From positions 1 to 62,140 of the forward strand of contig CAKPCJ010000004.1 in the NCBI GenBank assembly GCA_934141575.1: a stretch of DNA of 62,140 nucleotides. Direction: 5' to 3'. The position numbers and the translations under genes were made by a program. Positions 47,153 to 56,827 of the stretch are shown piece by piece. The stretch's first letter is position 1. Each line of letters starts with the position of its first letter. Source of the DNA: an uncultured Bacilli bacterium (GTDB taxonomy: Bacteria; Bacillota_I; Bacilli_A; RF39; UBA660). The notes beneath the pieces are model-generated. The model saw only the letters and a program-made list of their open reading frames with translations, was not told the DNA's origin and did not search any database.

Positions 47153-49792
47153 TTATACATTTTGAGTAAGACCACGTTTTTTAATATATAGTTTCCTTAG
47201 AAAATCAACAGGAATAACAGTAGCAGCAAATAAAATCATAATTTGAAGTTCTTTAAATGTAAGTCCCGTTGTTCTAAATAAACTTCCTCCAAAATATATA
47301 AGCATTAATTGTACAAAAAATATAAATGCAATTATTATTAAGAATACTTTATTATCAAGTATATTAGCAAAAAGATTTATTCTGCTAGTTCTAGCATTAA
47401 AGCAATTAAATATTCCAATAAATATAAACAATCCAAAGAAAGCTGTTAGTAAATAAGAATCATGTATATCAGGTCTAAACAATTCCCTAATAAATGGAAT
47501 TTTCAAAAACATAACACAAAGTAAAGAGGAATAGATACCAGTAAACAATATTTCACCAACCATATAAGAATTTAATATATCCTCATCTTTTTTCTTAGGA
47601 TATTCGTTCATATACTCTTTAAGAGGAGGTTCAAATGCAAATGCTAATCCGGCCAAAGTATCCATTACCATATTAATCCACAACATTTGTATAACAGTAA
47701 CTGGTGTGTCAACACCGATAAATGGGCCGATTATTGATAAACTTACAGCACATAAATTAACTGTTAATTGGAAGATAATAAATTTTCTTATTGATTTAAA
47801 AATAGTTCTACCAAACAAACATGCCTTAGATATAGATAAAAAATTATCATCTAATATAACTATATCACTAGCCTCTTTAGCAACTTCAGTGCCACTACCC
47901 ATCGCAAAACCAACATCAGCCTTTTTTAAAGCAGGAGCATCATTTACACCATCACCAGTCATTCCAACGACAAGACCAAGTTCTTGAGCAACACGAATTA
48001 ACCTACTTTTATCAGTTGGAAGACTTCTAGCCACAACCCTAAGGTTAGGAATTATTGCTTTTAGTTCATCATCAGTTAAATTATTTAATTCGCTTGATGT
48101 TAATACAACATCAGTGTATTTATTCTTTAAAATACCTACTTCTTCAGCTATTGCCTTTGCAGTATTAACATTGTCTCCAGTAATCATAACGGTTTGAATA
48201 TGTGCATTAGTAACAGTTTTAACTCCCTCAATAGCATCTTCTCTAACATCATCTTTTATTAAAATAATACCAACTAAAGTTAGTCCTGCAAAAGAATTTA
48301 ATTTTAATTGATTATCATTATTAGCTATAACAATAACGCGTATTCCTAAATCTGTTATAGATTTAATTTTGTCATTGATTTTCTTTTTGGATATTAACAA
48401 TTTTTTTTCACCAAATACATCATAATAATTAGTGCAAAAAGGCAAAATTACTTCAGGAGCACCTTTAATAAGATTAATTTTTTTATTATCCACTTTTATT
48501 ATAGTGCTAGAATACTTATTTTTACTATTAAAAGGAATGGACGAAACCTTATCAAAGAACTTAATATTATGTGGTGAAAAGAACTCTAAAAGTGCCTTAT
48601 CAGTTATATTACCACCGATAGCTCTACCAGTAGAATTATCCAAGGTGCTTGACGAGTTATTAACAACGGAGTTTAGTAAAATATTGTAGAAACAGTTATC
48701 ATTTTTTAATGCCGCTTCACTAGAATATTCCTTTAAATCTCCGTTAAAAACACCTACAACTTCTAATTTCCCTTTTGTTAGAGTTCCAGTTTTATCAGAA
48801 AATAAGATATTTATACTACCAGCAGTTTCAATACCAACTAATTTTCTGACTAAAACATTGTCTTTTAACATTCTTTTCATATTTGAAGATAATACAAGAG
48901 TTATCATCATTGGGAGACCTTCAGGAACGGCAACAACGATGATAGTTACGCTTAAAGTAAGAGCGTATAATAAATGCCCAGATATAACCCTAGTATTTTG
49001 AATAGTAGAAATAATTTTACCAGGATCAAATCCATTTTCTATAAAAATAACGGAGAATAGATAAGAAAAAGCAACCAGAAAAGCCCCCATATAACCTAAC
49101 CTACTGATTATTTTGGCCAAATTCCTAAGCCTAATTTTCAAAGGACTATCCGGTTGAGATTCTTGAATTTCAGCAGCAAGTTTTCCATACATAGTTTCAT
49201 TACCGACTCTTGAAACAAGCATCAAGGCCTCTTTTGAGTATACAACCGTTCCTCTGTACACAGTATTTTTATCTGTAATACTATTTACATCATTAGCAGA
49301 ATACTTATAAACCTCATGTGCCTCTCCATTAAGAGAAGATTCATCAACACTTATTTCGCCTTCAATAATAATGCCATCCGCAGGTATTCTATCCCCTGTT
49401 TGTAACACAACAATATCATTACAAACAATATCATCTATATTAATCTCAGTAATTGCGCCATTTCTTTTAACTTTGGCTTTTATTTTAGAATTTTCTTCTT
49501 GTAATCTATCAAAAGCTTTTTCACTACCATATTCAGAAATAGAAGATATTAAAGACGCTAATAGAATTGCAATCACAATACCAATAGTTTCATACCAATC
49601 AAAATCTTTAAATAAAAATACAGTTTTAATTGCAAGGGCAATTAATAAAATTTTAATAATTGGATCACCCAAAGATTCTAATAGCAATTTAAAAAAACTA
49701 TTGCTTTTAACAGAACTAATAGAATTGCTACCATACTTTTGACGACTAATTTCAACTTCTTTATCGTTAAGACCATTTTTATATTTTTCCAT
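47153..49792 (-). CDS. P-type Ca2+-transporting ATPase (P2A/P2B)
   Basis: TGDRIPADG, PEGLP, SDKTGTLT, MITGDN, MTGDGVNDAPALKKADVG, and ten TM helices. Confidence 0.9.
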   Translation of the reverse strand: MEKYKNGLNDKEVEISRQKYGSNSISSVKSNSFFKLLLESLGDPIIKILLIALAIKTVFLFKDFDWYETIGIVIAILLASLISSISEYGSEKAFDRLQEENSKIKAKVKRNGAITEINIDDIVCNDIVVLQTGDRIPADGIIIEGEISVDESSLNGEAHEVYKYSANDVNSITDKNTVYRGTVVYSKEALMLVSRVGNETMYGKLAAEIQESQPDSPLKIRLRNLAKIISRLGYMGAFLVAFSYLFSVIFIENGFDPGKIISTIQNTRVISGHLLYALTLSVTIIVVAVPEGLPMMITLVLSSNMKRMLKDNVLVRKLVGIETAGSINILFSDKTGTLTKGKLEVVGVFNGDLKEYSSEAALKNDNCFYNILLNSVVNNSSSTLDNSTGRAIGGNITDKALLEFFSPHNIKFFDKVSSIPFNSKNKYSSTIIKVDNKKINLIKGAPEVILPFCTNYYDVFGEKKLLISKKKINDKIKSITDLGIRVIVIANNDNQLKLNSFAGLTLVGIILIKDDVREDAIEGVKTVTNAHIQTVMITGDNVNTAKAIAEEVGILKNKYTDVVLTSSELNNLTDDELKAIIPNLRVVARSLPTDKSRLIRVAQELGLVVGMTGDGVNDAPALKKADVGFAMGSGTEVAKEASDIVILDDNFLSISKACLFGRTIFKSIRKFIIFQLTVNLCAVSLSIIGPFIGVDTPVTVIQMLWINMVMDTLAGLAFAFEPPLKEYMNEYPKKKDEDILNSYMVGEILFTGIYSSLLCVMFLKIPFIRELFRPDIHDSYLLTAFFGLFIFIGIFNCFNARTSRINLFANILDNKVFLIIIAFIFFVQLMLIYFGGSLFRTTGLTFKELQIMILFAATVIPVDFLRKLYIKKRGLTQNV

Positions 49793-49928
49793 AGTTTGTC
49801 CTCCTAATAAAATATATAGAGGACATTAAAAAAAATGAGTAATGTAATATGACAAAATATTCCATTATTTACAATTCAACAAAAAAATGTTACTATAATA
49901 ACATAATAAACTAAAGAATAGAAGGTAT

Positions 49929-50606
49929 ATGATGTATAATGTTTTGTTAACTTTTGTGTTATTTTTAACATATTCAGTAATAGGTTGGATGATAGAAGTA
50001 GCTGCAGTAAGTATTGAAAAAAAGAGGCTTGTAAAAGATAGGGGATTTTTGATTGGACCTTATTGCCCAATATATGGTTTTTCATCAATATTAATGCTTT
50101 GGTTTTTATCAAGTTATGAAGATGATCCATGGGTGCTATTTATAATGTCAATTGTATTATGTACAACAGTAGAGTACTTAACGAGTTTAATTATGGAAAA
50201 AATATTTAAAGTTAGATGGTGGGATTATACTCACATGAAATTTAATTTAAATGGTAGAGTATGTTTATCAAATTCAGTTTTATTTGGAGCGTTAGGATTA
50301 TTTTTAATATACGTATTAAATCCATTTGTAGTTGGAAAGTATATGCTTATCCCACAAAAAGTATTTATTATAATAGCAATAATATTATTAGTATTATTTA
50401 TATCAGATGTAATAGTATCACTAGAAATAATGTTTAAAATAAAGGTAACTGCCGAAAACCTAAGAAAAGATTATACTGAAGAAATAACACAAAAGGTAAG
50501 AGAGACGCTAGAGAAAAGTTCATTCTTAGCAAAAAGAATATTTAAATCTTTCCCAAAATTCACAATACTAGATACAATATCTAAAAAAATAAAAAACAAA
50601 AAATAG
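49929..50606 (+). CDS. Polytopic membrane protein (DUF1113, 'putative ABC-transporter type IV' family)
   Basis: SVIGWMIEV, GPYCPIYGF, EYLTSLIMEKIFKVRWWDYT. Confidence 0.55.
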   Translation: MMYNVLLTFVLFLTYSVIGWMIEVAAVSIEKKRLVKDRGFLIGPYCPIYGFSSILMLWFLSSYEDDPWVLFIMSIVLCTTVEYLTSLIMEKIFKVRWWDYTHMKFNLNGRVCLSNSVLFGALGLFLIYVLNPFVVGKYMLIPQKVFIIIAIILLVLFISDVIVSLEIMFKIKVTAENLRKDYTEEITQKVRETLEKSSFLAKRIFKSFPKFTILDTISKKIKNKK

Positions 50607-50659
50607 CCTACACAATAAAAATAAAGATTCATAAATTATCATGAAAGGATTGAAAGTTT

Positions 50660-51460
50660 ATGAATTTTTTTTATGATTTAAATCCAGTATTACAAGCATT
50701 AATAGCAACAATATTCACATGGGCAATAACAGCCTTAGGAGCAGCCTTAGTATTTTTCTTTAAAAAAGTAAATAAAAACGTAATGGATGCAATGCTAGGA
50801 TTTTCAGCAGGAGTAATGATATCCGCCTCATTTTGGTCATTATTATCACCGGCAATAGAAATGGCTGAAAATTTAAATATGGTATCATGGTTAGTGGCAT
50901 TCATAGGCTTTTTTGGCGGCGGCGTATTACTTTTTTTAGGAGATAAAATATTTTCTATAATAGATAAAAAAGAAAGAACAGATGAAAAAGAAAAAAGTTT
51001 CAAAAGAAGTTTAATGTTAATTATGTCAATAACATTACATAATATTCCGGAAGGAATGGCAGTAGGCGTTGCATTTGGTTCATTGGCATATGGATTAGAA
51101 GGTGCAACTATAGGAGCAGCAAGTTTATTAGCATTTGGAATAGGATTACAAAATTTTCCAGAAGGAACAGCTGTAAGTGTCCCGTTAAGAAGAGAAGGCT
51201 TTTCTAGAAAACAAGCATTTTTTTGGGGACAATTAAGTGGAATAGTGGAACCAATTTCTGGAGTAATAGGGGCGTTATTAGTGTTAAAAATAAGAGTATT
51301 ATTACCATATCTTCTAGCGTTTGCAGCAGGAGCAATGATATATGTAGTAGTACAAGAACTAATCCCAGAAAGCCAAACAAATAAAAAGAAAGATCTAATG
51401 GCATTATTTACTTTAATTGGTTTTTCAATAATGATGATATTAGATATAGCGTTAGGATAA
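50660..51460 (+). CDS. ZIP-family divalent metal (zinc) transporter
   Basis: HNIPEGMAVGVAFG and QNFPEGTAV motifs, with eight TM helices. Confidence 0.85.
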   Translation: MNFFYDLNPVLQALIATIFTWAITALGAALVFFFKKVNKNVMDAMLGFSAGVMISASFWSLLSPAIEMAENLNMVSWLVAFIGFFGGGVLLFLGDKIFSIIDKKERTDEKEKSFKRSLMLIMSITLHNIPEGMAVGVAFGSLAYGLEGATIGAASLLAFGIGLQNFPEGTAVSVPLRREGFSRKQAFFWGQLSGIVEPISGVIGALLVLKIRVLLPYLLAFAAGAMIYVVVQELIPESQTNKKKDLMALFTLIGFSIMMILDIALG

Positions 51461-51500
51461 TTAAAAATATACCTCAACTAAAATTGGGGTTTTTAAATAT

Positions 51501-51530
51501 AAAAAAAGAATTACAATGTAATTCCTATTT
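51501..51530. terminator. Bidirectional terminator between the ZIP and DUF4236 genes
   Basis: AAAAAAA-GAATTACA-a-TGTAATTC-CTATTTTT. Confidence 0.7.
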
Positions 51531-51725
51531 TTATTTTTTCTTTTTATCATTAAACTCATAAGATATACCAGTTCCAGGAATTGAAACTGTTTTTTTTATT
51601 TTTCCTTTAGCAGTTCTAGTAATTCTAAAACCAGGTATTCCCCAACTTAAACTAACGCCGCTTTTACTAACCGTAGCTTTAGTGCCTTTACCAAGGTTAA
51701 TTGATTTACGAAATCTTAATCCCAT
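51531..51725 (-). CDS. DUF4236-domain small protein
   Basis: MGLRFRKSINLGKGTKATVSKSGVSLSWGIPGFRIT. Confidence 0.6.
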   Translation of the reverse strand: MGLRFRKSINLGKGTKATVSKSGVSLSWGIPGFRITRTAKGKIKKTVSIPGTGISYEFNDKKKK

Positions 51726-51774
51726 ACAATACCTCCGTATTGTAATTATACCTCAAATAAACAATACTTACAAT

Positions 51775-52518
51775 CTATTCCAAAATATCTAATATTTCAT
51801 CTTTAAGCTTATTTTCATATATTGACAATTTCTCATTAACATCATATGTAGCAAGTAATATGTCTTCTATATTTTTACCTCTGTTATGCAATTCCTTTAA
51901 TAACCAGTCTTCTGTTTTATTTAAATTTTTTAGAGTATTATGCATAACTTTACCATCAATTACAACATTAGCGCACAAACCTTGCTTAGGAGGTTTTAAA
52001 GTCATATCTTTAATTGTAATAGGTTTATTTTCTCCGTTAGGAAGTATACTAAGCTTTCCGTTGGCCTCCATAATAGCGTATTCTATTTCACTTATATCAA
52101 AATATCCATTTCCCCTACACTCCTCTAATAAATCATTAATATCAAATTTAACCTTTTTCAGATTTGCTTTAACTAATTTACCATGCTGAATTAAAATAGT
52201 AGGAATTCCCATGAAATATCGTCTCAAAACAATACTTTTCATAGTAGCAATAGATATTAAATACGCTATTAAACCAAAAACAATAACAGCCACTATACCG
52301 TTTAAGAATTGTGAATCAACATTTATAGTCATTTCGGCAGCAAAATTACCTATTGAAATTCCAATAACGTAATCAAATAAACTCAACTGGGAAACCTGCT
52401 TTTTACCTAACATCTTAGTTACTAAAAATAAAGTAACTAATGATATTAAAGCACGTATTACAACATCTAAAACTTCCATCCAATCAGTATTAATAATATC
52501 TTGAAACATAAAAATCAC
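51775..52518 (-). CDS. DUF421 (YetF/YrbG-type) membrane protein
   Basis: Three N-terminal TM helices with LGKKQVSQLSLFDYVIGISIGN, plus a soluble C-terminal domain. Confidence 0.7.
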   Translation of the reverse strand: MIFMFQDIINTDWMEVLDVVIRALISLVTLFLVTKMLGKKQVSQLSLFDYVIGISIGNFAAEMTINVDSQFLNGIVAVIVFGLIAYLISIATMKSIVLRRYFMGIPTILIQHGKLVKANLKKVKFDINDLLEECRGNGYFDISEIEYAIMEANGKLSILPNGENKPITIKDMTLKPPKQGLCANVVIDGKVMHNTLKNLNKTEDWLLKELHNRGKNIEDILLATYDVNEKLSIYENKLKDEILDILE

Positions 52519-52553
52519 CTAAAAATAATATTTACAAATATAAAAAAAATATG

Positions 52554-54488
52554 CTAATTAATAACATATTCTTTATTTTCAATTTTTTTAAAATCTTTAG
52601 AATGTATAACAATACTCTTCTTATCGATGATTTTTATATCATTATTTTTAAGAATTTGTACTTCTATTTCATCACTGTTAACATCTTTGCAAATATAAGA
52701 ACATTTAACTTTATTTAATTTATAAGTGTTTGAATTCTTAATGCAAATTTCATAATTAAATTTATTTTTAATAATAGTAACTAAATCCTCATCATCAAGC
52801 AAAATTGTATAAGTTTTATCTTTATAAACTCTTATATTTTCAAAGTTTTTTACTGCATCAAAAGCTTTCTCATCAATTAAATCCATATATTCAAATTTAA
52901 AATAATCTAAATATTCTCTGGCATGTCTAGAAAATTCCTCATAACATATTTTTAAATTATAATCTTGTACAGAACATGTTAATGATGCAAGACACATAAG
53001 GGCATATGTATTAACCTTAGTATTGAATTTTTCCTCAATCTTACTAATAATAGTATTCATAAATTCACTATGAGAACTATATTCAGTAAAGAAACATTTA
53101 AAATTCTTTACATCTCCGATTCTCTTACTATTTAAATTATTATTTAAACTAATATCAGTTATTATAGTATTTAACATAATAAGTTTTTCGGTGTTATCTA
53201 ATCTAGTCTTAATAGACATATTATCATCCATAATACACGAATTATAAATATCTCTAATAGTTTTTCCAAGCATATTATAAGTTTTATCTAATCGAGATAT
53301 GGAATCGGCTTTGAAACTAGAAAAGCACCCAGTATTTATAAGATAAGTTTGTTCTTGGAATTTATATAATTTAACTAATTTTTTTAAATATAAAGTTTTA
53401 TCAGCAATAACAGCTAATTCATCCAACATTTTCTTCTCTATAGAAAGTCTTTTTGAATAACAACATTTCGAATCAATAACGTATATTGGTACCTTTAATG
53501 TTTTAGCAGCTTCAACATCATTTTCTCTAATCTCATCTATTGCAACAATGTAAGAAGGTAAAACCGGTTCTGGTTGCATATCAATAATAACTTCGATAGC
53601 GTTACTACTCATATGTTTAATAAGAGAATCTGGATTATCAAAAAATAATTCATCAAGGACTAGTTTTTTATCTAATTTTTTAAAACAATCACCAGTATTC
53701 ATACCAAGTATTTTTTTAATAGGTATATATTCATAACCAAATATAACGTCTCCTTCACTGAATAAACCAATACTAGTATCATTTATTAAATTTGCAGACA
53801 TAATTCCAGGATTATTAGACAAATTAGTTTTTAATTTATTCAAATATGATTTAAATCCAGACTTTGATTTATAAGAATTAGCTGAGTTGATTTTCCCAGA
53901 AGACACAACTCCAACTATAAATTGAAAATTCTCATTATTTAAATAATTTATAGTAATTCCAGCTGCTGATTTATCAAACTTAACTTTTGGAAGTTCAATA
54001 CAATTAGCCATAAGTCTCTTATAATTTGTGTCCAGAGTTTTTCTAATACTAGAAATAATAGGAAGAGAAGTGTTTTCAAATTTTTCATTATATGAAATTA
54101 AAATATCATATATAGATGTATTAGAAATCATTCTTAAAGTATCATACATATTTTTTTCGGGAATAGATAAACAATCTAGATATTTAGACATTTCTTCAAT
54201 CAAATAATCAGTAGTTTCTAGATTTATCCCAAAGCAATTAATACATATAAGATTCTTTAATCTTGTTAAATTCTCTTCACCAGCTATTTCATCATGCAAA
54301 AAAAGTTTTATTTGTTTATAAGTTGATATTATATCATCATTATTACCTAAGCATTGCCATATATTAGAATCATTTTTCAAAACAATCTCTGGATAATTTT
54401 TATTTAACCAGTTAATAAATATTCCGTCCCAAGCCATATTCTTTAATGAAGATTCTATCATAAAGTCATTGAGTGGTTTATATATCAT
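52554..54488 (-). CDS. Hypothetical 644-aa soluble protein, no recognisable domain
   Basis: Start set at ATG 54488, preceded by AAGAGGTGAAATT. An extended -10 element (TGtTATAAT) lies in the 70-nt gap after the exonuclease gene. Confidence 0.6.
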   Translation of the reverse strand: MIYKPLNDFMIESSLKNMAWDGIFINWLNKNYPEIVLKNDSNIWQCLGNNDDIISTYKQIKLFLHDEIAGEENLTRLKNLICINCFGINLETTDYLIEEMSKYLDCLSIPEKNMYDTLRMISNTSIYDILISYNEKFENTSLPIISSIRKTLDTNYKRLMANCIELPKVKFDKSAAGITINYLNNENFQFIVGVVSSGKINSANSYKSKSGFKSYLNKLKTNLSNNPGIMSANLINDTSIGLFSEGDVIFGYEYIPIKKILGMNTGDCFKKLDKKLVLDELFFDNPDSLIKHMSSNAIEVIIDMQPEPVLPSYIVAIDEIRENDVEAAKTLKVPIYVIDSKCCYSKRLSIEKKMLDELAVIADKTLYLKKLVKLYKFQEQTYLINTGCFSSFKADSISRLDKTYNMLGKTIRDIYNSCIMDDNMSIKTRLDNTEKLIMLNTIITDISLNNNLNSKRIGDVKNFKCFFTEYSSHSEFMNTIISKIEEKFNTKVNTYALMCLASLTCSVQDYNLKICYEEFSRHAREYLDYFKFEYMDLIDEKAFDAVKNFENIRVYKDKTYTILLDDEDLVTIIKNKFNYEICIKNSNTYKLNKVKCSYICKDVNSDEIEVQILKNNDIKIIDKKSIVIHSKDFKKIENKEYVIN

Positions 54489-54558
54489 AATTTCACCTCT
54501 TAATATTCTAAAAAAATTATAACACGCATTCAATAATCATTAAAACACAAATTTAGAA

Positions 54559-55080
54559 TTATACATTAATATGTACAATTTTTAATAAATTATCGTAAAC
54601 TTGTTTCGTTATTTCGCAATCTCTTAAGCCTCTATGAGCACCGACATAACTTATATTAAAATGGTTTGCCAAATTTCCTAATTTATAGCTATCAAGTTTA
54701 ATATATTTTCTTGCAAGAAACAAAGTATCAATATATTTATTAGATAATGGTTTATTCAAATATTTCATGTAATAATTATTTAGAAAAGAAATATCAAATT
54801 TAGCATTATGCGCCATTAAAACATTATCACCGATAAAAGCTTCAAATTGTGATAAAACAGAGTAAGCATCAGAAGCATCAACCAACATCTCATTTGTGAT
54901 ACCAGTTAAATTAATAATATTTTCATCTAACGCAATAGACGGTTTAATCAAAAAAGTGAAATTATCTACTATTTCATTAGATACAACTTTTAAAGCTCCA
55001 ATTTCAATAATTTCGTTATTAACAGGGGAAAGACCTGTAGTTTCAATATCTACTATAACGTAATCACTAACAAATTCCAT
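54559..55080 (-). CDS. Stand-alone DEDDh 3'-5' exonuclease (DnaQ/epsilon-like)
   Basis: ExoI VIVDIETTGL, ExoII LMAHNAKFDISFL, ExoIII AHRGLRDCEIT. Confidence 0.85.
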   Translation of the reverse strand: MEFVSDYVIVDIETTGLSPVNNEIIEIGALKVVSNEIVDNFTFLIKPSIALDENIINLTGITNEMLVDASDAYSVLSQFEAFIGDNVLMAHNAKFDISFLNNYYMKYLNKPLSNKYIDTLFLARKYIKLDSYKLGNLANHFNISYVGAHRGLRDCEITKQVYDNLLKIVHINV

Positions 55081-55105
55081 ATAATCACCACATACATCAT
55101 AACAT

Positions 55106-55129
55106 ACAAAAAGACATCTTGCGATGCCT
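55106..55129 (-). terminator. Terminator of the 529-aa membrane-protein gene
   Basis: On the minus strand, AGGCATC-gcaa-GATGTCT followed by TTTTGT. The stop codon lies inside the stem. Confidence 0.55.
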
Positions 55130-56717
55130 AATTTAATTTTAAAACCTCAATTACATCTTTATTTGAATTATAACTTATATTTATTGTATTACCAGAATTT
55201 AAAAATGGTACTCTAAATTCATCTAATTTAACAGATAATCTAAATTTTCTATTATCAGTAGATGTAATATAGTAATATGTAGTTCCATCTATAGTAGCAC
55301 TTGTTATGGAAAAAATAACTATATCTTCAGTGATCAAAGAATCAGAATTCATTTTAAAATCTGCACTAGATAAATAATTCTTAGCTGCTACTTCAATACC
55401 TTTAGATGAATCAGTTACAACAACCTTTTGATAATCAACTACATCAACAAATGCATACATTTTAACAAGCCCAGCATTATCTTTTAATGAGATTAAGTAC
55501 GTTGCACGACCATTTAAATTTATAAGTAGTGGGAATGTAGCAGTGTAATTCATTTGTTGAACTTGACCTTCAGCACTAGCCATAGCAGAGTATTCTTCTG
55601 CACCAGGTACTTCATAATATACAGTTTCTTTAGTTCTTAAATTTGAAAGAACAAAACCTATATTAGCCTCATCATTAGAGACTGATGTAATACCTGTGTA
55701 TAAGTAAACATCATCATTCATAACAGTATAATTATAGCCGGTAGTAGTCATAGTAACATTCTTTTGGCTAAATATTGAGTTAAAGAATCCATTAGAATAA
55801 AGTCCCCAGTCATCAAGTTGTTCAATAATTAAATCTGAAGGATAAACATGATCTATCCAAGATGGAACATCTCCAACTTTATATTTATTAGTCTCTCCTG
55901 TAATTGGATTAACAATAATAACGCCAGTAATTTCTTTTCTAATGCCAATGCCGTTATATTTAACAGTAGGTATAACCCAATATGGATTTCCTTCATTATC
56001 TATTTCAAAATTTTCTTGATCAAAAATTTCCGTTGGATACTTAATTCTAATATATCTATATAAATTTTTAAAAAAGTAAGCAGAAGGCATATATTTCATA
56101 CCTTTTTCTAACTTTACCAATTTTGACTCACCAGAAACAGAATTAACAGTTATATAGCCTTTAACACCATCTTTACTATTTGAAAAGAACTTAAATAAAT
56201 CACTATATTCAAGAGGAGTAACTCTAATAATCTCGTTATTATAATTAATTTGAGTATATAAATCAGAAACATAGAATTGAGAAACTAATTCTGGCATTTG
56301 TCCCATAACTCTATCGCCAAGTTTTTGGCTTGAATCTTTATCCAAAAGAGGCAAAGAGTTAAAGTTAACCTCATTAATATCTTCACTAAAAACGCCATTC
56401 TTATTGATAGTTATTCTGCTGGCATATTTTGAAGATATAAACAATGGAGACAATACAAAATTTATTAAAAACAATGCACATATTATGGTACTTGGAATAA
56501 AAAACAGTTGCTTTGGAAAATTAGTTTTTGAAATAACAATATGGTTTCTAAAAGTAAAAGGAATACCAAGAATCATATACACAGCAAAAACTATAAATGC
56601 AAATGTCCAAAAAACAGGACTAGTAAAATTTAATGGTGGTAGCATAAAATAATAAATTATAAATGTTACCAATAAAGTTAAAAGAATTCTAATAACAACA
56701 TTTCGTTTAAAATTCAT
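55128..56717 (-). CDS. Membrane protein with three N-terminal TM helices and a roughly 430-aa extracytoplasmic domain, function unknown
   Basis: Start set at ATG 56717 (MNFKRNVVIRILL). It is conserved-looking (GYITVNSVSGESKLV, NPYWVIP, VIIVNPITGE), but I cannot name the family. Confidence 0.6.
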   Translation of the reverse strand: MNFKRNVVIRILLTLLVTFIIYYFMLPPLNFTSPVFWTFAFIVFAVYMILGIPFTFRNHIVISKTNFPKQLFFIPSTIICALFLINFVLSPLFISSKYASRITINKNGVFSEDINEVNFNSLPLLDKDSSQKLGDRVMGQMPELVSQFYVSDLYTQINYNNEIIRVTPLEYSDLFKFFSNSKDGVKGYITVNSVSGESKLVKLEKGMKYMPSAYFFKNLYRYIRIKYPTEIFDQENFEIDNEGNPYWVIPTVKYNGIGIRKEITGVIIVNPITGETNKYKVGDVPSWIDHVYPSDLIIEQLDDWGLYSNGFFNSIFSQKNVTMTTTGYNYTVMNDDVYLYTGITSVSNDEANIGFVLSNLRTKETVYYEVPGAEEYSAMASAEGQVQQMNYTATFPLLINLNGRATYLISLKDNAGLVKMYAFVDVVDYQKVVVTDSSKGIEVAAKNYLSSADFKMNSDSLITEDIVIFSITSATIDGTTYYYITSTDNRKFRLSVKLDEFRVPFLNSGNTINISYNSNKDVIEVLKLN

Positions 56718-56764
56718 AAAATCACCCATAATAATTATATCACAAAAAAAGAAAAAAAGAAATA

Positions 56765-56791
56765 TTAGCACTCTCTATTGACAAGTGCTAA
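56765..56791. promoter_or_regulatory. CIRCE (HrcA operator) inverted repeat
   Basis: TTAGCACTC-tctattgac-AAGTGCTAA versus the consensus TTAGCACTC-N9-GAGTGCTAA (17 of 18 arm positions). It overlaps the clpB -35 element. Confidence 0.75.
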
Positions 56792-56805
56792 TAAAGTGGT
56801 ATAAT
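56778..56805 (+). promoter_or_regulatory. Sigma-A promoter of clpB
   Basis: TTGACA-16 nt-TATAAT with a TG extension (TGgTATAAT), 22 nt upstream of the ATG. Confidence 0.7.
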
Positions 56806-56827
56806 ACACAATGAAGGGAGGAATATT

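Noticed and set aside
50628-50645. A Zur/Fur-like palindrome, TTCAT-N8-ATGAA, upstream of the ZIP transporter gene.
   Set aside because: It has only 5-bp arms in very AT-rich DNA and overlaps the likely ribosome-binding-site region. That is too weak to call without a genome-wide motif.
50671-51477. A 268-aa minus-strand ORF spanning the entire ZIP transporter gene.
   Set aside because: The plus-strand product carries clear ZIP motifs (HNIPEGMAVG, QNFPEG). The antisense frame has no ribosome-binding site or recognisable motif. It is open only because of the Gly/Ala/Leu-rich codon pattern of the real gene.
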